Source of the DNA: Okeania sp. SIO1H2
Lineage (GTDB): Bacteria > Cyanobacteriota > Cyanobacteriia > Cyanobacteriales > Microcoleaceae
DNA length: 64,000 nucleotides
Assembly: GCF_010672685.1 (NCBI RefSeq)
Contig: NZ_JAAHGA010000036.1
Location: 7,773 to 71,772, forward strand
Reading direction: 5' to 3'
Each line of letters starts with the position of its first letter. The stretch's first letter is position 1. Below are positions 62,422 to 64,000 of this stretch, piece after piece. The notes under the pieces were generated by a model. That model saw nothing but the letters and a program-made list of their open reading frames with translations, was not told the origin of the DNA and made no database searches. A program made the translations under genes and the position numbers.

Positions 62422-62722
62422 ATCTAATAATATAGCTCCAAACTAGGTTTATCTGAAATAACTTCTATTAAACTAATATGATATTGATAGAATCAGCAAC
62501 TGGCAAAAAATCCAAAATCATTGAGATTCTTGTTATTATTTATAGCAGCATTTTATGACAAATGGAATAAATCGTAAATTATTTTTTTTAAGTTCTTTAT
62601 ATCCTTTTAATATTACTATTTAATATTACTATATTCTAAATAAATTGGATTTTAATTGAAAATTAAATATCTTAAAGAGACGTTCCGCCAGAACGTCTCT
62701 AGAAAACTTGTATTGTTGTTAA

Positions 62723-62863
62723 CTAGCCAACTGTATAAGCGGTACTAAGTCCCCACAAAAGAAGAAAGACTATTGCACCTAGAATCACAATCGCAGAAAT
62801 GGCGATCGCGCTGGGAGTATCTGCTCCCTTAAATTTCATTATTCCACGGTCAAGGTCTGACAT
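62723..62863 (-). CDS. Small single-TM protein (46 aa), unannotated in the ORF track
   Basis: ATG at 62863 is preceded by AGGAG (9-nt spacing). It encodes 'MSDLDRGIMKFKGADTPSAIAISAIVILGAIVFLLLWGLSTAYTVG'. The identity is unknown. Confidence 0.3.
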   Translation of the reverse strand: MSDLDRGIMKFKGADTPSAIAISAIVILGAIVFLLLWGLSTAYTVG

Positions 62864-64000
62864 AATATTTATCTCCTAATTATGTTTTTGATTTTAGCTA
62901 AGATTTTCTGGAAATATGTCTATATTGCTACTATATTTTCTCCCATTTCTGTTTATGATTTGTCTCTAATATTAAAATAATAATAAAGATTGGCAATGGT
63001 CATATTTTAGGCCGTTTATAAATTAGATAATTCTATGATTTTGTCATCAGTGTTAATTAATTATTGACTGAGATCAGACTCAAATTGTTTCCTAATCTAA
63101 TCAGGGGTGTTAAAAAAAGGGAAGATACTTCAGAATATGATAATTATTCTGGTAATTCTGAGCAGGTTAAAACTGAGGAGGAATCTGAGCAAATTAATGA
63201 AGTTTTGCATGTTTAAACAGCAGATTCTCAGGAGTTATCTCAAGATATTAGTTTGCTCAGGGATTTTTTATACTTATTTGTACGGTTCTCTTTACAATCC
63301 AAGGGCTTAATTTACTTTTTAAATGTTCGGGAAATTAAGAAGAATGGATTTTATGTTTTTTGAACGCAGCACATAAACAACCAGAATTAATGTTGATGAT
63401 GATATTATTTATTCCAAGTATCACAGTTTCATTGTTTGTGATTTACTGGCTAATACTTCAGTTTATTAAAGCTCTGGCTTTGCTTAAGCAAAAGTTTCTT
63501 GAAATATACTTCTCCGACATTAACTTTAATCCCTTGTAATACCTGGGAAAAAACTTAGTTTCCGGAGATGAATAATCCAGAAATAGGAAGGTAAAAAACA
63601 TCAAAAAATTCCCGAAAAAAAAATTATCTAAATGTTAGGTAGATTGCCTATAATAAATATAGAAGCTAGAAATAAGAATTGTTTAGATAGATCGGTTCTG
63701 ACAATATGTAGATAACGACTGTACAGATCTCTACATTTATAATGATAGCTTTTTGTCGAATATTGGACTTTGGACAAAAAGAAAAAGTGGTTAGCGTAAG
63801 TATTACACTAACTAATCGGTGATTGTATTAGAAATCAAATCTGGAATTATCTTCGTTTCTCACATTATTTATCATCCTGAAGATCATAGGATGGGTCTGG
63901 TTCAATTTCTCCACCAAAACAAATATCTAAATAACTTTCTTGAAGGGAATGAACAACTCTCTCCAACTCATCAATAAGATTCCTTCGAGTCATTTTTTCA

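Overview
The window looks like a heterocyst-type (Nostocales-like) cyanobacterial chromosome. It carries many GCGATCGC (HIP1) palindromes and STRR-like heptamer/octamer tandem repeats, including (GAAGGAA)n, (GAAGGCA)n, (GGGGTGAT)n and GGGAGTA-type runs. It also carries several dispersed small-repeat and MITE families and some typical cyanobacterial genes. Housekeeping and photosynthesis genes that can be read from the translations are: rubrerythrin divergent from a Fur/PerR-like regulator, a TPR protein, a Uma2 endonuclease, a SasA-like KaiB-domain histidine kinase, PriA, a Nudix hydrolase, a group-2 sigma factor, PurB, three tandem IsiA/CP43-family chlorophyll-binding proteins (the third fused to a PsaL domain) followed by a CpcG/CpcL-type phycobilisome rod linker with a membrane anchor, TldD/PmbA, ClpS, a CPBP protease, a cytochrome P450, ketopantoate reductase, a hotdog thioesterase, a TerB-like protein, a DUF815-like ATPase, a Ser/Thr kinase-WD40 protein, a CrhR-type DEAD-box helicase downstream of rimO, and an OmpA-family protein. 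The most unusual content is four things. (1) At the left edge there is a compact operon of a short ThiF/E1-like adenylyltransferase followed by a fused ABC-ATPase plus DUF4435/TOPRIM protein (PARIS AriA-AriB-like or OLD/Gabija-like). This is a candidate anti-phage module with an unusual E1-like partner. (2) There is a full-length homolog of eukaryotic-type translation elongation factor 1-alpha (eEF1A). It has one in-frame TGA and degenerate G3/G4 GTPase motifs, and sits in a decayed stretch of MITEs and gene fragments. (3) There is a Major Vault Protein (MVP) homolog broken by several stops and a frameshift, next to the kinase-WD40 gene. (4) Repeat elements lie inside coding sequences, including an in-frame STRR/GGGGTATTAAACCC element in the CPBP protease gene. 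All calls come from reading the translations and sequence by eye; no database search was run.
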